64,000 nt of DNA from Camelus ferus (Eukaryota): contig NC_045696.1 in assembly GCF_009834535.1 (NCBI RefSeq), forward strand, positions 20,338,001 to 20,402,000, given 5' to 3'. The first letter of the stretch is position 1; the number at the start of each line of letters is the position of its first letter. Of the stretch, positions 52,226-64,000 are shown in pieces. The notes beneath the pieces are model-generated. The model saw only the letters and a list, made by a program, of their open reading frames with translations, searched no databases and had not been told where the DNA came from. Both the position numbers and the translations under genes were made by a program.

Positions 52226-54919
52226 TGCCTTTACAATCCTTAAGTAAACAGACAATGAGGACACGTCAGTTCTGCAGTACCACCGACGTGATTCTAAGGA
52301 CAGAGTATCTCTGTTACAGCCTATCTGTCTGTCACCTATTCATAGGGAAGCTCCATTTATCCTATTTTAACTATTAAACCTTGCCTTTTCCAATTCTCTC
52401 TCTTTCTCTTTCTCTCTGAATGTCTCTGTCTGTTTCCCTCCCTCCTCCCTTCCCTCTTGGTATGTAGTAGTTATTGAAATTTTTTCTTGTTATAAAAAAA
52501 CCCAAAACACTAAAATGCATGTTTTATCTAAATCTAGATAATGTGCAAATGGAAGCAGAAATATGATACTTATAAAAATATACTGGTATATAAATAAACA
52601 TTTAATTGTGTGGTAACAAAATGACTCTTCAACTAGATTCATTCTTCACCTTTTTTTTTTAAGTTATCCAATTAATATAAATTGTTTTCAAAAGTGAATA
52701 AAATAAAATCAAGACTTTGGAATGGCATACTTATGCTCAAATTTTAAGTAAATGGTACTTTAATTAGGAAACTATAAACCTAATAAGGTATTAAAAAAAG
52801 TCAACTTCCCAATTTCTTAGAGCTTTGGTTGTCCTGAATGCTCTGGCCTTAATCTGTATTTACCTGTCCAGCCTCTGAAAACTTCTACATACCTAGTCTA
52901 GCATGAGGACTTACATTTATGTATTTATGTATTGTTAATACAGCTTAAACCAAGATATCTTATTATTTTATTCTTCATATGATGACATGAAGCATTTTAT
53001 TCCCTGAATTGACTATGTAAATTCAAACTTCAAATAAAGTCTCCCTAAATCTTAAATCACTAAGTAGAGTTTGCTCAGTGGTATTATTTTTCCAGCATTT
53101 GACTATTAATATTCCTTGGCAAATAAACCTCATTAGAGTTGATCTTTTCCTTTTGAAATGTGGAGGTCTGGAACAAAATATAAAGTCACACAGAAATGCA
53201 GTTTCTATAAACCCATAATGGATTAGAATTGTGTAGAATTTCAAAACTTAAAATGCTCATAAATGTTGAATCTACTTTTAAACCTCTCTCTTTTTCTCAG
53301 ATAAAAAAATAACCTACCTCTCTCCCTCTTTCCACCTAATAAAAAAAATCTATGGAAAAGATAATCAGTATTATAAACCAAAGGACAACGCCTCCAGAGT
53401 GTTCAGTTTTTGTCTCTTCACTACTCTATCAAGAGACATGATTTAGGATAGAGTGTAGTTTTGTATTTTGCATTTTTTTTAAAAAAAAGCAAAGCCCTAT
53501 AAAATCAAAACAAATAGTATTGGTTACTTCAATTGAAGAGTCAATCACCTAGATTAAATGACATATGGAATGACACATAAGAGTCATTCTGCATCAAAAT
53601 GAAAATGTTTCTCCAGCTGCTGAAGTGGATCTTAAGCCACTGAGGGTTTTGCACATTTAATAAATTGCTCTGCTTGAGCAATCCTGTCAAAAAGGACAGG
53701 AATATCAGACTGCACTATACAAGCTCCCTGATTAATAGAAGTCCCCATATGATGGAGTAAGTTACAACCTTAATGTACAAATAATGAACCTCTATTAAAA
53801 CGAAGGGTATCATAAATCAAAATGCTGTAGAAAAACCATAAACCTGTGGCAACATAATGGCCACCAGGGCCCAAACTGTATTAATCTTGTAGGGTGCAGT
53901 ATCATTTCTCTAAGAGAGACAACTAAACATATCCTGTGTGAGAGTGAATTATGAGTGTGATAAAGGTTCTGGACTATTCATTTAAGTTAATGGCAAAGTT
54001 CATATTGAGATACCCCATGGTTAACTCCTCCTCTCAATCTGCCTTGAACTCTGTTTCGACTAAGACAAACATCAATGTGTTCATCAACGTTCTAAGCCTT
54101 GCATTTGTCTGAAATGTCCTTGGAAAGAAAGTGAGGGAAAAAAGAAGAAACAAATGATCTCTCCTTCAAAATATTTTTAGTTTCTTTTCCCTTCAGTTAG
54201 TATATCTAATTTTATTTAAACCTTCCTTATATATATATTTCTACTCATAGTTACACACACTATCTCATAGCATTTTAGAACTATATATAGCATTGAAATT
54301 TATATCTTTTGATATGTTTCCTGCATATTTTCCTATTACCAATTGAATATTGGAAATAAACCTTCCATATGAATTAAATTCGAAAGAGCAAAGAAAATAC
54401 TTAACACAAAATGTCTTAGTGTAGCATTTGTTTGGGAAATGTTTTCATTTACATTTTAATGTAACAGAAGAAATATTTCATTAGTATACCCTGATACGTT
54501 CTGATTTGTAACTATCTTCTATGGATAGAACAGTTTCTTGTAGGGTGAAAAATCCAAGCTGATTGTTTACATATTTCGTACTTGTTAAAAAGTATTTGCA
54601 CATAGTCTTATTCTATAAGAAACTGCTCCTGATATGATCATTACCGAGAGCAAGATCCAATAGTTTGTTGTTTCTAGAGGTATATATATATGTTCTTACT
54701 CATAGAAGGCACTTATTTTCATTATTTTACTGTGTATTTGTCTATAATGAATTTAAACTTAGTTCTGGAACCTCACGAATTTTTTTCTATTGGATATGTT
54801 GTTATCAATTCAAATATATCTCAGTCATTTCTAGATTTTTTCCCCTACGTATCCTTTGCTAACTCAGTCAATTCAGGATGCCACCTCTTTCTCCTTCCCT
54901 TTTGTACCATGGTGACCTA

Positions 54920-55014
54920 CTTTTCTAGGCTCATGCTTGTTGGTATTTATTCACCCCAAATCCTATATGTCTATTTGGGGTGAATAAATACCAACAAGCA
55001 TGAGCCTAGAAAAG
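54920..55014. repeat. Perfect 42-bp inverted repeat with an 11-nt spacer
   Basis: 54920-54961 cttttctaggctcatgcttgttggtatttattcaccccaaat is the exact reverse complement of 54973-55014. Confidence 0.97.
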
Positions 55015-55309
55015 CATGGAATCCCAGAGGGACTGAGTTGTTAATAATGTCTGCTTAATATCTATGATGTCATTTCCACCATCATTCCAGGATATTAACT
55101 TGGAATGGAAGTCACAACCTGACTCTTCAAATCTGAATTCTGAAGTTACTATAAAATCCCCAGTCCCTAGGGTGGGGCCGAGGTAGTGAGCACTTGTGAG
55201 GGAACTCTTATTTTCGTGCTTGGCTTTGTGACACAGGAAGCAATGAAGTGGTACACAGTTCAATCTAAATCTACCATAAATGAATCAGCAATCTCTAATC
55301 TAATATAAA

Positions 55310-56720
55310 CAAATAAGTAGGATAACCCCATATAATGATAAAAACAAAGAAGAAGATGTAATATGGTCATGCAAAATAAGAAAGTGACTGGGTGAATCCT
55401 CTGTCTAGGATCATAAGCAGTCCACCCTGAAGACATGACATTTGAAATGGCACATAAATTAAAAGAAGAGTGTCAGGCATGTGAACATTTGAGAGAAGAC
55501 TTTCAAATTGGAAATAAAAGCACCAAAATTACAAATAAACAAACTAAAAATGTCCTGGAAGAGAAAACTACTCTGTATTTTTGAGGGACAGAAAGTCACT
55601 AGGCATTGTATATTAGGGGAAAGTACAGATATATGTAGCCATAAAAGATTACAAAAGCCACATTCGTGAGCCCTTATGAGGAATTTGAAACTTATGTCTT
55701 AAAAACTTTACTGCGGTTGCTCTGTGGAAACATGACTGGAGGAGAACAAGAGTGGATTAGAGATAGTAGTTTGGAGTCTCGATTTGGAGTTTTCTATAGA
55801 AGTGATCATAGCTTAGACAGGATTACAGCCCCAGAGAGAACAGTAACTACTAAATATAGAGGTATTTAGGCCTAAGCATATCACAAAAATTATGTTCAAG
55901 GTATGAATCATGAAATAATTTACTTAAGTGGAGAAGACAAAAAAAAAAAAATTTGTTCTATGTGGAGGAAATCGAAGGGTTTGGTTTTGACCATGTTAAC
56001 ATAGCGATGATCGCCATGCTGTCTTGAAGCAGGTGCTTGAAACTATATACAAATAAGAGGGTGACTGAATCAATGGATAAGATGCCTATAAAAACCCAAC
56101 TGGGGAGACTATGTCTCTATTTGTGTATTTTATATACACACATGTTTATGAATATATGTTTATATACATAACAATATGTTATATGCATAACAATATGTGT
56201 TCATATCAATATGTATGTGTGTGTGTGGGTGTGTGTAATTCCCAGGAAACTATTATGGGTAGGCTGAGACTAGAAATATAGTTTTAGAGGTATCACATAA
56301 AAGATCATTGAGAATACAACCCTGGGGCATATCAAAATTTAGAATTATAATAGGTAAAGAGGTACCGTAAGAATGCTGAGAAAAAGCAGACCTCAAAGTA
56401 GGAGAAAGACCAAGAGACTGTGGCATAATGGAGTGTTATCCTACAACAAAATTAGATCAAAAGATCAGATATCTAGATATATTTAGATGTTCAATTAAAA
56501 AGCTATTTAATCCTTATAGGTCTCTGTGCCAGTCCCTAAGACAGAGAGAATAAAAAGATGGACAGGATAGGGCCACTGGACTGAGACACTTACTCTAGTA
56601 CGTAAATTATAAGACAATGTGTTACACGTCACAATTTTAGTAATAATCTTTTCTGAACTAATTTTCGGAAGAGAATGTGTGAAATTGAGCATCTTTCAAA
56701 CATCTAAAATGAAGAGTACA
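55310..56720 (-). mobile_element. Degenerate L2 with an internal TA/TG low-complexity tract
   Basis: L2-like phrases such as 'ctgaagacatgacatttgaa', 'gggtttggttttgaccatgttaa' and 'ggctgagactagaaatatag'. Confidence 0.55.
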
Positions 56721-57300
56721 AGGTGATAGGAGAGTCCAGCCAGGCTGCTGGTTCTCATGATAATAAAGTAAACATGAAATACTTTTGGGAATTGTTCCTT
56801 TGTTTGTGTGCAGTAAGGTAGTCATTGTATTTTCTTTAAATATAGATTATAAAATAAAGTAGTAAAACCCACTTTAAAAGAAAGCAGAAACCAGTTAAAT
56901 ACTAACTCAGCTATTGATATGATGTAGTTTTGACCATTTTGTCTCCACTAGAGGATTTGAGGATTCTCTTGGTCAAATCATTGGTGTGGATTATTAATAC
57001 AACATCAAATGGTAAATTCTGAACCACTGTACTTTATTTTATTGTTTAAAAGTTTGTAATGGTAAGCTTAATTTTTAATTATAGAATATAATGAAAACAT
57101 GCAAAGCATACACCGAATTAAAATATTTTTATGAGAAGGATCCAGGGACAGAAGCTGAATTGAAATGCACCTTGCCACAGAATCTAAAAGCTTCTGTTAA
57201 AATTTTCAGTGTTATTTATAATGTCCTATATGAGGGTATCTAAGAAAAAAGTACCATATGGATTTTAAGCTCAAAGTTAAAACAACAAAAAAAAGCAAAT

Positions 57301-57366
57301 GTGACTGGGACATTATGCTGTACACTAGAAACTGACACATCATAACTGACTATATTTCAATTAAAA
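57301..57366 (+). mobile_element. Very short young L1 3' terminus (camelid-type)
   Basis: 'gactgggacattatgctgtacactagaaactgacacatcataactgactatatttcaattaaaaa'. Confidence 0.8.
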
Positions 57367-58329
57367 ATATATATATGCCATTATATAAAACTTGAAGACA
57401 TTTTAAATGACAATGTTAATATATACATTTTTCTATAAAATGATGGTGATGAAATAAGATGTTTCTATACAGAAGTGGATGCCATTTGTCAGGCAAACAG
57501 GCTGAGTTTCTGTGGAGCACTCATCTACCATTCAAGAATGATGAAAGCCACAAAGAGCCCAACAGATTCTATTTGTTTCTTGAACCACTGACAGTGGCTT
57601 TCTGCCAGAAAACAATGACTCTGCTCAAACCTAAACAACTGCAAATTCTCAATCATTACAGTGCTTAAAAAAGTTCATTTAATTTAGAATATTTCATGAA
57701 AAAATTGTAATTACATTTGTCACTGAAAACCATGTTAAAATATTGTCTCAACATTTTAGGTAATACTCCCACACATGTAGTCAATATTTAAATATACAGG
57801 TGAAGTAAAAGACTATTCTTCTTGTTTATCAAAAGCTCTGATAGATCTTGTTTAACAAAACCCCTATTAAACACCATCACTACAGTTAATGGATTTTGTC
57901 CAATTAATACATAGTGACTCAACGTATAGATGCATAACTTTTTATCTAACTATTCTCCCATGGTATATTTAGATTGTTTCTGATATTGCTGTTACTTAAA
58001 AATATGTTTAAACTCTTTTAGAATACTCAGATGAGCTTGCAAAAATTAGAAATGCTCCTGTATTTTCCTCACCTTTTTTTTGCTTCCTTAATTACATTTT
58101 CCTCTATTATTCCAAAGTCAATGTCAATCTGCTGAATTATTCCACGTTACCTTACAGTTGTGCATTAGTGCTTCAGTGACAAGAGAAACCAGCAGGCTTA
58201 ATTCCAGATCAGTGTAATTTCTGTTGCCCTCACGTTGAATGTTGTATTTAATTTATAGTTTCCCTTTAGGAGACGTACCATTTGTAGATAAACAATTTGT
58301 AGACAAGACAAAGCTACATCATTTGAGGG

Positions 58330-58520
58330 ACTGTGAAACATAATGGAGTTAAGACTTTGAATTCTCTTTCCATAGCCTATTAGAATTTAAACACTCCCTG
58401 AGTCTCACTTCCCTCATGTGAATAAACTTAACTGTACTACTCTTTAGAGAGTGTCACTGAAAAATACGTGAAGAGGGGAACAAACTGTCTAAATGTACAG
58501 AATAAATTCAGTAAATGACG
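58330..58520 (+). mobile_element. MIR
   Basis: 'ggagttaagactttgaa...ctccctgagtctcacttccctcatgtgaataa'. Confidence 0.55.
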
Positions 58521-58985
58521 GAAATTATTCTCGTGGGCTCATTTTTTTCCTCTCCAGAATTTGGAGAGGCTTTAAAATCACCCTATGAAATAAGAGGTTA
58601 ATATCAACCTAAAATAAATATATATGGTTATTTATCAATGAACACTATTTTCCTTTATAAATAATTAGCTGATGTAAAATTTTCCTATTTAAAATCAATA
58701 CTTTTTACAAATGCAATAAAAATGAGTTAGCTCTATTTTTAAGAGAGCTTGTCCCAGATAATAGGGGCGTATGAAGAAAGATATTCAAGTGGTAACAGTC
58801 AATAACTCACATACATCAAATATAATGCAAAATGTAAATATTTATCAAATACATTTTAGATAATATTTTCTTAGTTAAAGCTGTGTTATGCCAAGTTTAA
58901 GTTATTTATAACTACTCTTTTGCTTATCAACCTAAAACTAATACAACCTTTTAACTGATAACATCTTAAGTTTATCTATGAAAAG

Positions 58986-59543
58986 TGAGAGACTGGATAT
59001 ACAAACAGACAATGGCCAGAGCATACATAAAAAGATAGAACTCGGACTCACAAACTGCAGCAAGCAGCCCAGGAACCCAATGCATCATTTAGAGTAACCA
59101 TCCCAGGAAGCCAACCTACTATCTACAAGTCAAACTTGTACAGAGTCAGACCACTCATTCTCTCTGGCAAACATTCCAGGAAGCCAAATAACCACCCCTG
59201 TAACAGTCAGCCTAAAATGACCAGAACTTGATTAATAACTCTCAGCTTCCCCAGTTTCTGTCCCTGATTCCAGCACAGGACCAACCAGAGAAAGTCAAAT
59301 ATAAACATCTAACCAATCACACCAGAAGCCCTGCTTCCAGTTAGCCTACCTGCGGCTTCCCTGTGCTAGGAGGTTCCAGTCAGGACATTCCTAAAGCCTC
59401 CCCCTTTTTCGCACTATAAAACTTTCCTATCCTCCTGCCTGCCTTTGAGCTTCTGCCAAAGTACAAGTTAGTGGTGACTAACAGTGAGCTCTAAAAAAAA
59501 ATAGCCTTTGCCTTTTCTCATTTGGTTGGTCTTTATTTCCACA
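58986..59543 (+). mobile_element. ERV1 solo LTR (MER89-like)
   Basis: TG...CA termini; repeated 'ccaggaagcca' units, CCAAT, TATAAA ~59415; TSD aaag/aagg. Confidence 0.75.
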
Positions 59544-61759
59544 AAGGAAAAAAAAAGGTAAAATCATTCATGATTTTTAATATGACCCAACCTAAACAAT
59601 GCAAATACAGAATTAATGGATGCCATTTGTCAGGCAAATAGGCTGAGTTCCTGTAGTATAAATAAAAACAAAGTCTGCCCCCAAGTATATACTTTAACCT
59701 CACCAATTTTCTTACCCAAACTGGCACCATCCAGTAGCTCTATTGCCTTCCTGAACACCTACCGGCATGACTTGGTTATTTCAACACATCCCTATTTATA
59801 GAAAGGACCTAACAAGAGTGACATATTAAAATTGAAATGTAACATGCCTCTTTATAACAGCTTTATGATTTTTTTCCTGCATTTTTCAAATCAATGAGTA
59901 TATATGGATGTTAAGTCAGAAATAAATGTTACCTCAAACATTTCTTTCTACAAAGTTCACATAGAAGACACATATCTAAACTGAATAGTTATTCAGTGAA
60001 GTGAATGATGACTAAATCAGGACTCTTGGAAATTGACTGAGTACTGGGGAAGGTCTTACAGAAGATAATAAAAAAAAAAAAAATTAAAGGGACCAAGGTG
60101 AATTTGCTTAATGTCATTAAGCCTCTCAACAGACAGCAACGAACAATCAAATCCAGATTATACGTTAAAAAATGTTAAAAAAAGTAACCTGAAGCAAAGC
60201 GAAAAAATAATCTGCTTATCTCTTTGCTACTTCCTCTAATAAAATTTTCAAATTATAAATTACTAGAAACAGATTCCACAACTTAAACAATTATAAATTG
60301 TTATCCAATCATTTGGGATACAAAAAATATATATATACAAGAAGGACAACAAAAGAAACATTAATACCATATGTTTAGCACAAATTACACTCTTGGTATT
60401 GTGCAAGGTTCTTGCACATCTGCTCTGCTTGACTATTTAGAAACATGTTATACAGAACTTGGTTTGACTATGACCTCATGCTACGTCCCAAATTCTGTTC
60501 AATAGTCACTTGAACAGAACAATTCAGAAGCTATTCCAGTTAAGAGTACTAACCTACAGTACCAAACCATAAATTTTTCTAGAATTCACTGTTGAAAAAA
60601 TGTCCTTATGTATAAAGACAGCACAGATTGCTCTAGAATATATGCATGTTTAATGCAGGAAGAAAAAAATCCACAAATTTAAGTCTTTCTGTTTTTGTAA
60701 GTCTTCACCAAAGATGTGAAATTTTCAAGTAAGATGTAGGTAATTAGGTAATAAATGCTATTCAGAGTTACTAACATGCTTAGTCTAAATGACTGATGCT
60801 TAATATAGTTGAGAAGGAAGGAGCATGAAAATACATATTGATATTTAATTTAGGTCACTGTGCTGTACAGTAACAAGGAAAAACAAGGATGATCAAAGGG
60901 GAAAAAATAAATCAACACTGCACTTCCATTTCAAAAGCGGTAACTGTTGAAATACATTCACACATTATAAATGTCATTAGACCTTTCCAGGTAATTGCAG
61001 TATGACATTAAATCGAATAGTTCAATTTTAGATCTTGTTTATTTTTGCAGATGTGATATATTTTATGCAAAGCAAAGTAAACTTTTTATATTAAATCATG
61101 TAATTGATTTTTGAATACTGTACATAACTAGCAATAGAAGACATTGTGGGGTCTCTATTTTTCATTATAATTCATATTGAAATGTAATTTCGTTAAGTAG
61201 CATACAATGTAATTTAAATCACAATTAAATAAGCAAGTTAGTATGTTTCCCAGTGCTTGAAATATCTTGCAACAAAACCATCTTGAAAAATTTTTATATT
61301 TTGATCTCCAGAATCCGTACAGCATATTTCAAGAAGAAAAGTTTTTAGTTTTATACAAAAAAATCAAATTAAAAAAAATAAAAGTACTCAAAATGTAAAA
61401 AACCCCAGAAAGGTAAACTTTAACTGGAGAAAAAAAAGAAATAAAAAAAAACCATTTCAGTTATGAGGGATAATAAATAAATTATTACATAATAATGGAT
61501 TATCTAGCAATACCATAGTTTTAATTGATTCAGCACCTCATCTTTTCTAGCCAATTTACACTAATTTCTTTACCACAGAAACAAGAACTCTATTACTGAG
61601 CCTTCATTCTGATTGTTAGTATCCCTCTTGCCTTTTGCGTGGTGACCACTGTTTCATATGTAGCCTTACCAAACCACACGCGCACAGAAACACAGGTGAG
61701 AAAACACGGCTATTTACAAGATTAAGCAAAAACAGTATACTTAGGGTAACTTTTAACTA

Positions 61760-62070
61760 GAACATTTACTGTCGTAAATGCTGTAATACATGAAATGTGA
61801 AATTCTTCTAGTGACAGCCTAGAGAATCAGACAGTACTTAAATTGGATGTCATGTCAATGTATAAAAATTGTTCCTGTCAAGCATGCTATTGAAAGTGAC
61901 ATCATCACAACCCTCTATGTGTCTTTGATTGATGGCGTAGCCAAATAAATGTAATAAAGAACAATGCAACACTTGATGCCTAGTAACCTATTATCAACCT
62001 GCTTTAACATTTTGGGTTTTCAACCTTACTTCCCTGGTGGTTTTTAGAGTTCAAAAGGAAAGTGACAGAC
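61760..62070. promoter_or_regulatory. Candidate developmental enhancer (PBX-HOX/MEIS/SOX/TCF motif cluster)
   Basis: TGATTGATGG 61926, TGACAG 61812 and 62063, CTGTCA 61875, GTCGTAAA 61771, AACAATG 61960, in repeat-poor sequence. Motif evidence only. Confidence 0.4.
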
Positions 62071-64000
62071 TACTATTTCACTATTTTTTCCTTTAAGTAT
62101 ATAAATGCCATACAAAGTAAATCTGAGACGTTCTTAATCACACTCATTTGCCAACATTAATCTAACAATTAAATTTTCTTAGACTACACAACTAAACACA
62201 GAAAAATTTTACTTTTTATTATAATTTTGAAACATGTCATGCAATGTTTCACCAAAATATTGTACTTAAATACCTTATATTTTTCTTCAGTAACTTCATC
62301 TCCAATAGCATTCAGCAATGCAAATCCAGTATGTTTTACAAAATTTTATCCAATTTTATTGTGACAATGTAATTAGATTCTAGAAAATACTATAATTCTG
62401 TTTTCACTAGAGTGATTACTGACACAAATTAAACAAGAATATTCAGAAATCAATGAAATTAATATTGAAATGACCTTGATAGCAGCTTGCGTCATCCTCC
62501 CTCAGCTTACCCTTTGTGATAATATTTGCTCTTTGAATTAGGACAAATGAAATTATGTTTATGAAAGCATTTGATATCCTTTAAGCTCAAAGTTGTCATG
62601 CAAATAAAATATTTTATTTTCATTACTATGCACATTTCATGTGTATAGAACTCAAATGAAAGCCAGTAAAGGTTTTGTGCCTAGGAAATCTGTTCAGTCA
62701 AAATTTATTTTTATTAATCATTGCAGAATGGAAACTGTCATAACGTGTCAAAAGATTGTAGATTTTGATTTGTGTGTTCCTGCCTGTATGTATGCCTGTA
62801 ATTATATTAAAATATCTACTGAAAATGCCCACTTGAAAAGAACATCTGCTTTTAATGACAAGTTGACAAATTTGTCAAATTAAAGTATTTTAAATAATCC
62901 ATATTTTACATTAACAAAAGAAACTTTCTTCAAAAGGAAAGAACAAATAAAAATCTGAAATTCCATTTTAAAGCAATATATTTTCTATAATCCAGACTTA
63001 CTTTTGTATGTTTCTTTATTCCAAAAGATTTTGTTCAAACATATTGCAAGAATAATATTTTCTCCAAATAAACCCCCTGTTCTCTTTACTTTCAGCTGCC
63101 AATATGAATTTTCGTAATCAGGGTATAATATAGATGAAAAATAATCGAACTAGTTTTCAAAACAAGAGGTTTTTTTTTTTTTTTTAAGTCACATTAACTC
63201 ACATCATTTTATCCAAATACTTTTAACCTCCTAAGTACTGATAAGCTGTTAAGAATTTATCCTCTCTCCAGTATCCTGATTCTTATGTAGAACAAATTTG
63301 GTTAAGAACAACCTCTTTTTGAGGTTATTATTTGAAAGAACCATGTATAGTCCTGCAAACTAGATCCCCATTCACAGATTTAACTCAACAAGAGTTCTTA
63401 GTACAATACTTTTAGTAACCAGGCTGCCATCATGTTTAGTCACAAAAATTCTTTATAATAATTTTTATACATCTATATAATTTACAAAGTTTTCTACATG
63501 ACCAGATGATAAAATTAGTATGAAAATCCTTTGGTAAGAATACACTACTAACTATTTAAAAGGCGTCAAGAATGTCTCCCTTCCTCCCATGCCTTCCAAC
63601 AATATTGCACAAATGACTTTACTTGTCCTAAGAAGTTTGTAGAGTCACGGATGAGAGGAAGCACGGATGTGGAAATCAAATGAGATATTTTATGTAAAAA
63701 TTCTTTTAAAGTTAAGATCTACTGAAATGTAAGAAGTTAATGTTGCAACATATAAGTATATAAACCAAACCAAAGAATCCACACTCACTCCATACATGTT
63801 GCTCAGCTGTCTTTCACCATCATTTTTGTTCTCCTTCCTGTTTCAGAAATGAGGGACTAACAAATACAGAGAGAAGGACAGAGAACTAAGTGGGGAAACA
63901 GTTTAAGATATCATTTGCTTCTTAATGTTTCTCCAGTTCCACAGTATTAGCATTAAAGGAGATGTCTCAGCAATCTTCATGGAGAGAAACTAATTAAAAC

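Noticed and set aside
1..64000. CRISPR arrays, operons, tRNA/rRNA genes, CpG-island promoter
   Set aside because: Mammalian CpG-depleted DNA. I saw no regularly spaced repeat-spacer array, structured RNA gene or CpG-rich segment.

Overview
AT-rich, CpG-depleted eutherian mammal genomic DNA. It is probably camelid: the young L1 3' ends at 57301-57366 and 27790-27956 resemble alpaca/camel L1 from memory, and I saw no Alu, Bov-A/tA or PRE-1 SINEs. I found no supportable host protein-coding exon. The listed ORFs are chance ORFs or decayed retroelement frames. The window is mostly interspersed repeats: many ERV1 solo LTRs, MaLR/MLT2 LTRs, old L1M and L2 fragments, MIRs and DNA transposons (MER2, MER5, MER53, MER63). 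It also holds a U6 snRNA pseudogene. The main element is a ~7.5 kb two-LTR ERV-L-type provirus with MER21-like LTRs (19055-26537), which lacks the RT core, has tandem duplications in gag and protease, and carries three nested insertions. The most unusual non-TE signals are a perfect 42-bp inverted repeat (54920-55014), a circularly permuted short copy of nearby sequence (59585-59654), a perfect 53-bp tandem duplication, a micro-inversion inside an L1, and a repeat-poor 3' end with a PBX-HOX/MEIS/SOX motif cluster. Repeat subfamily names come from recall of consensus sequences and are tentative. I see no convincing evidence of a new multi-gene system.
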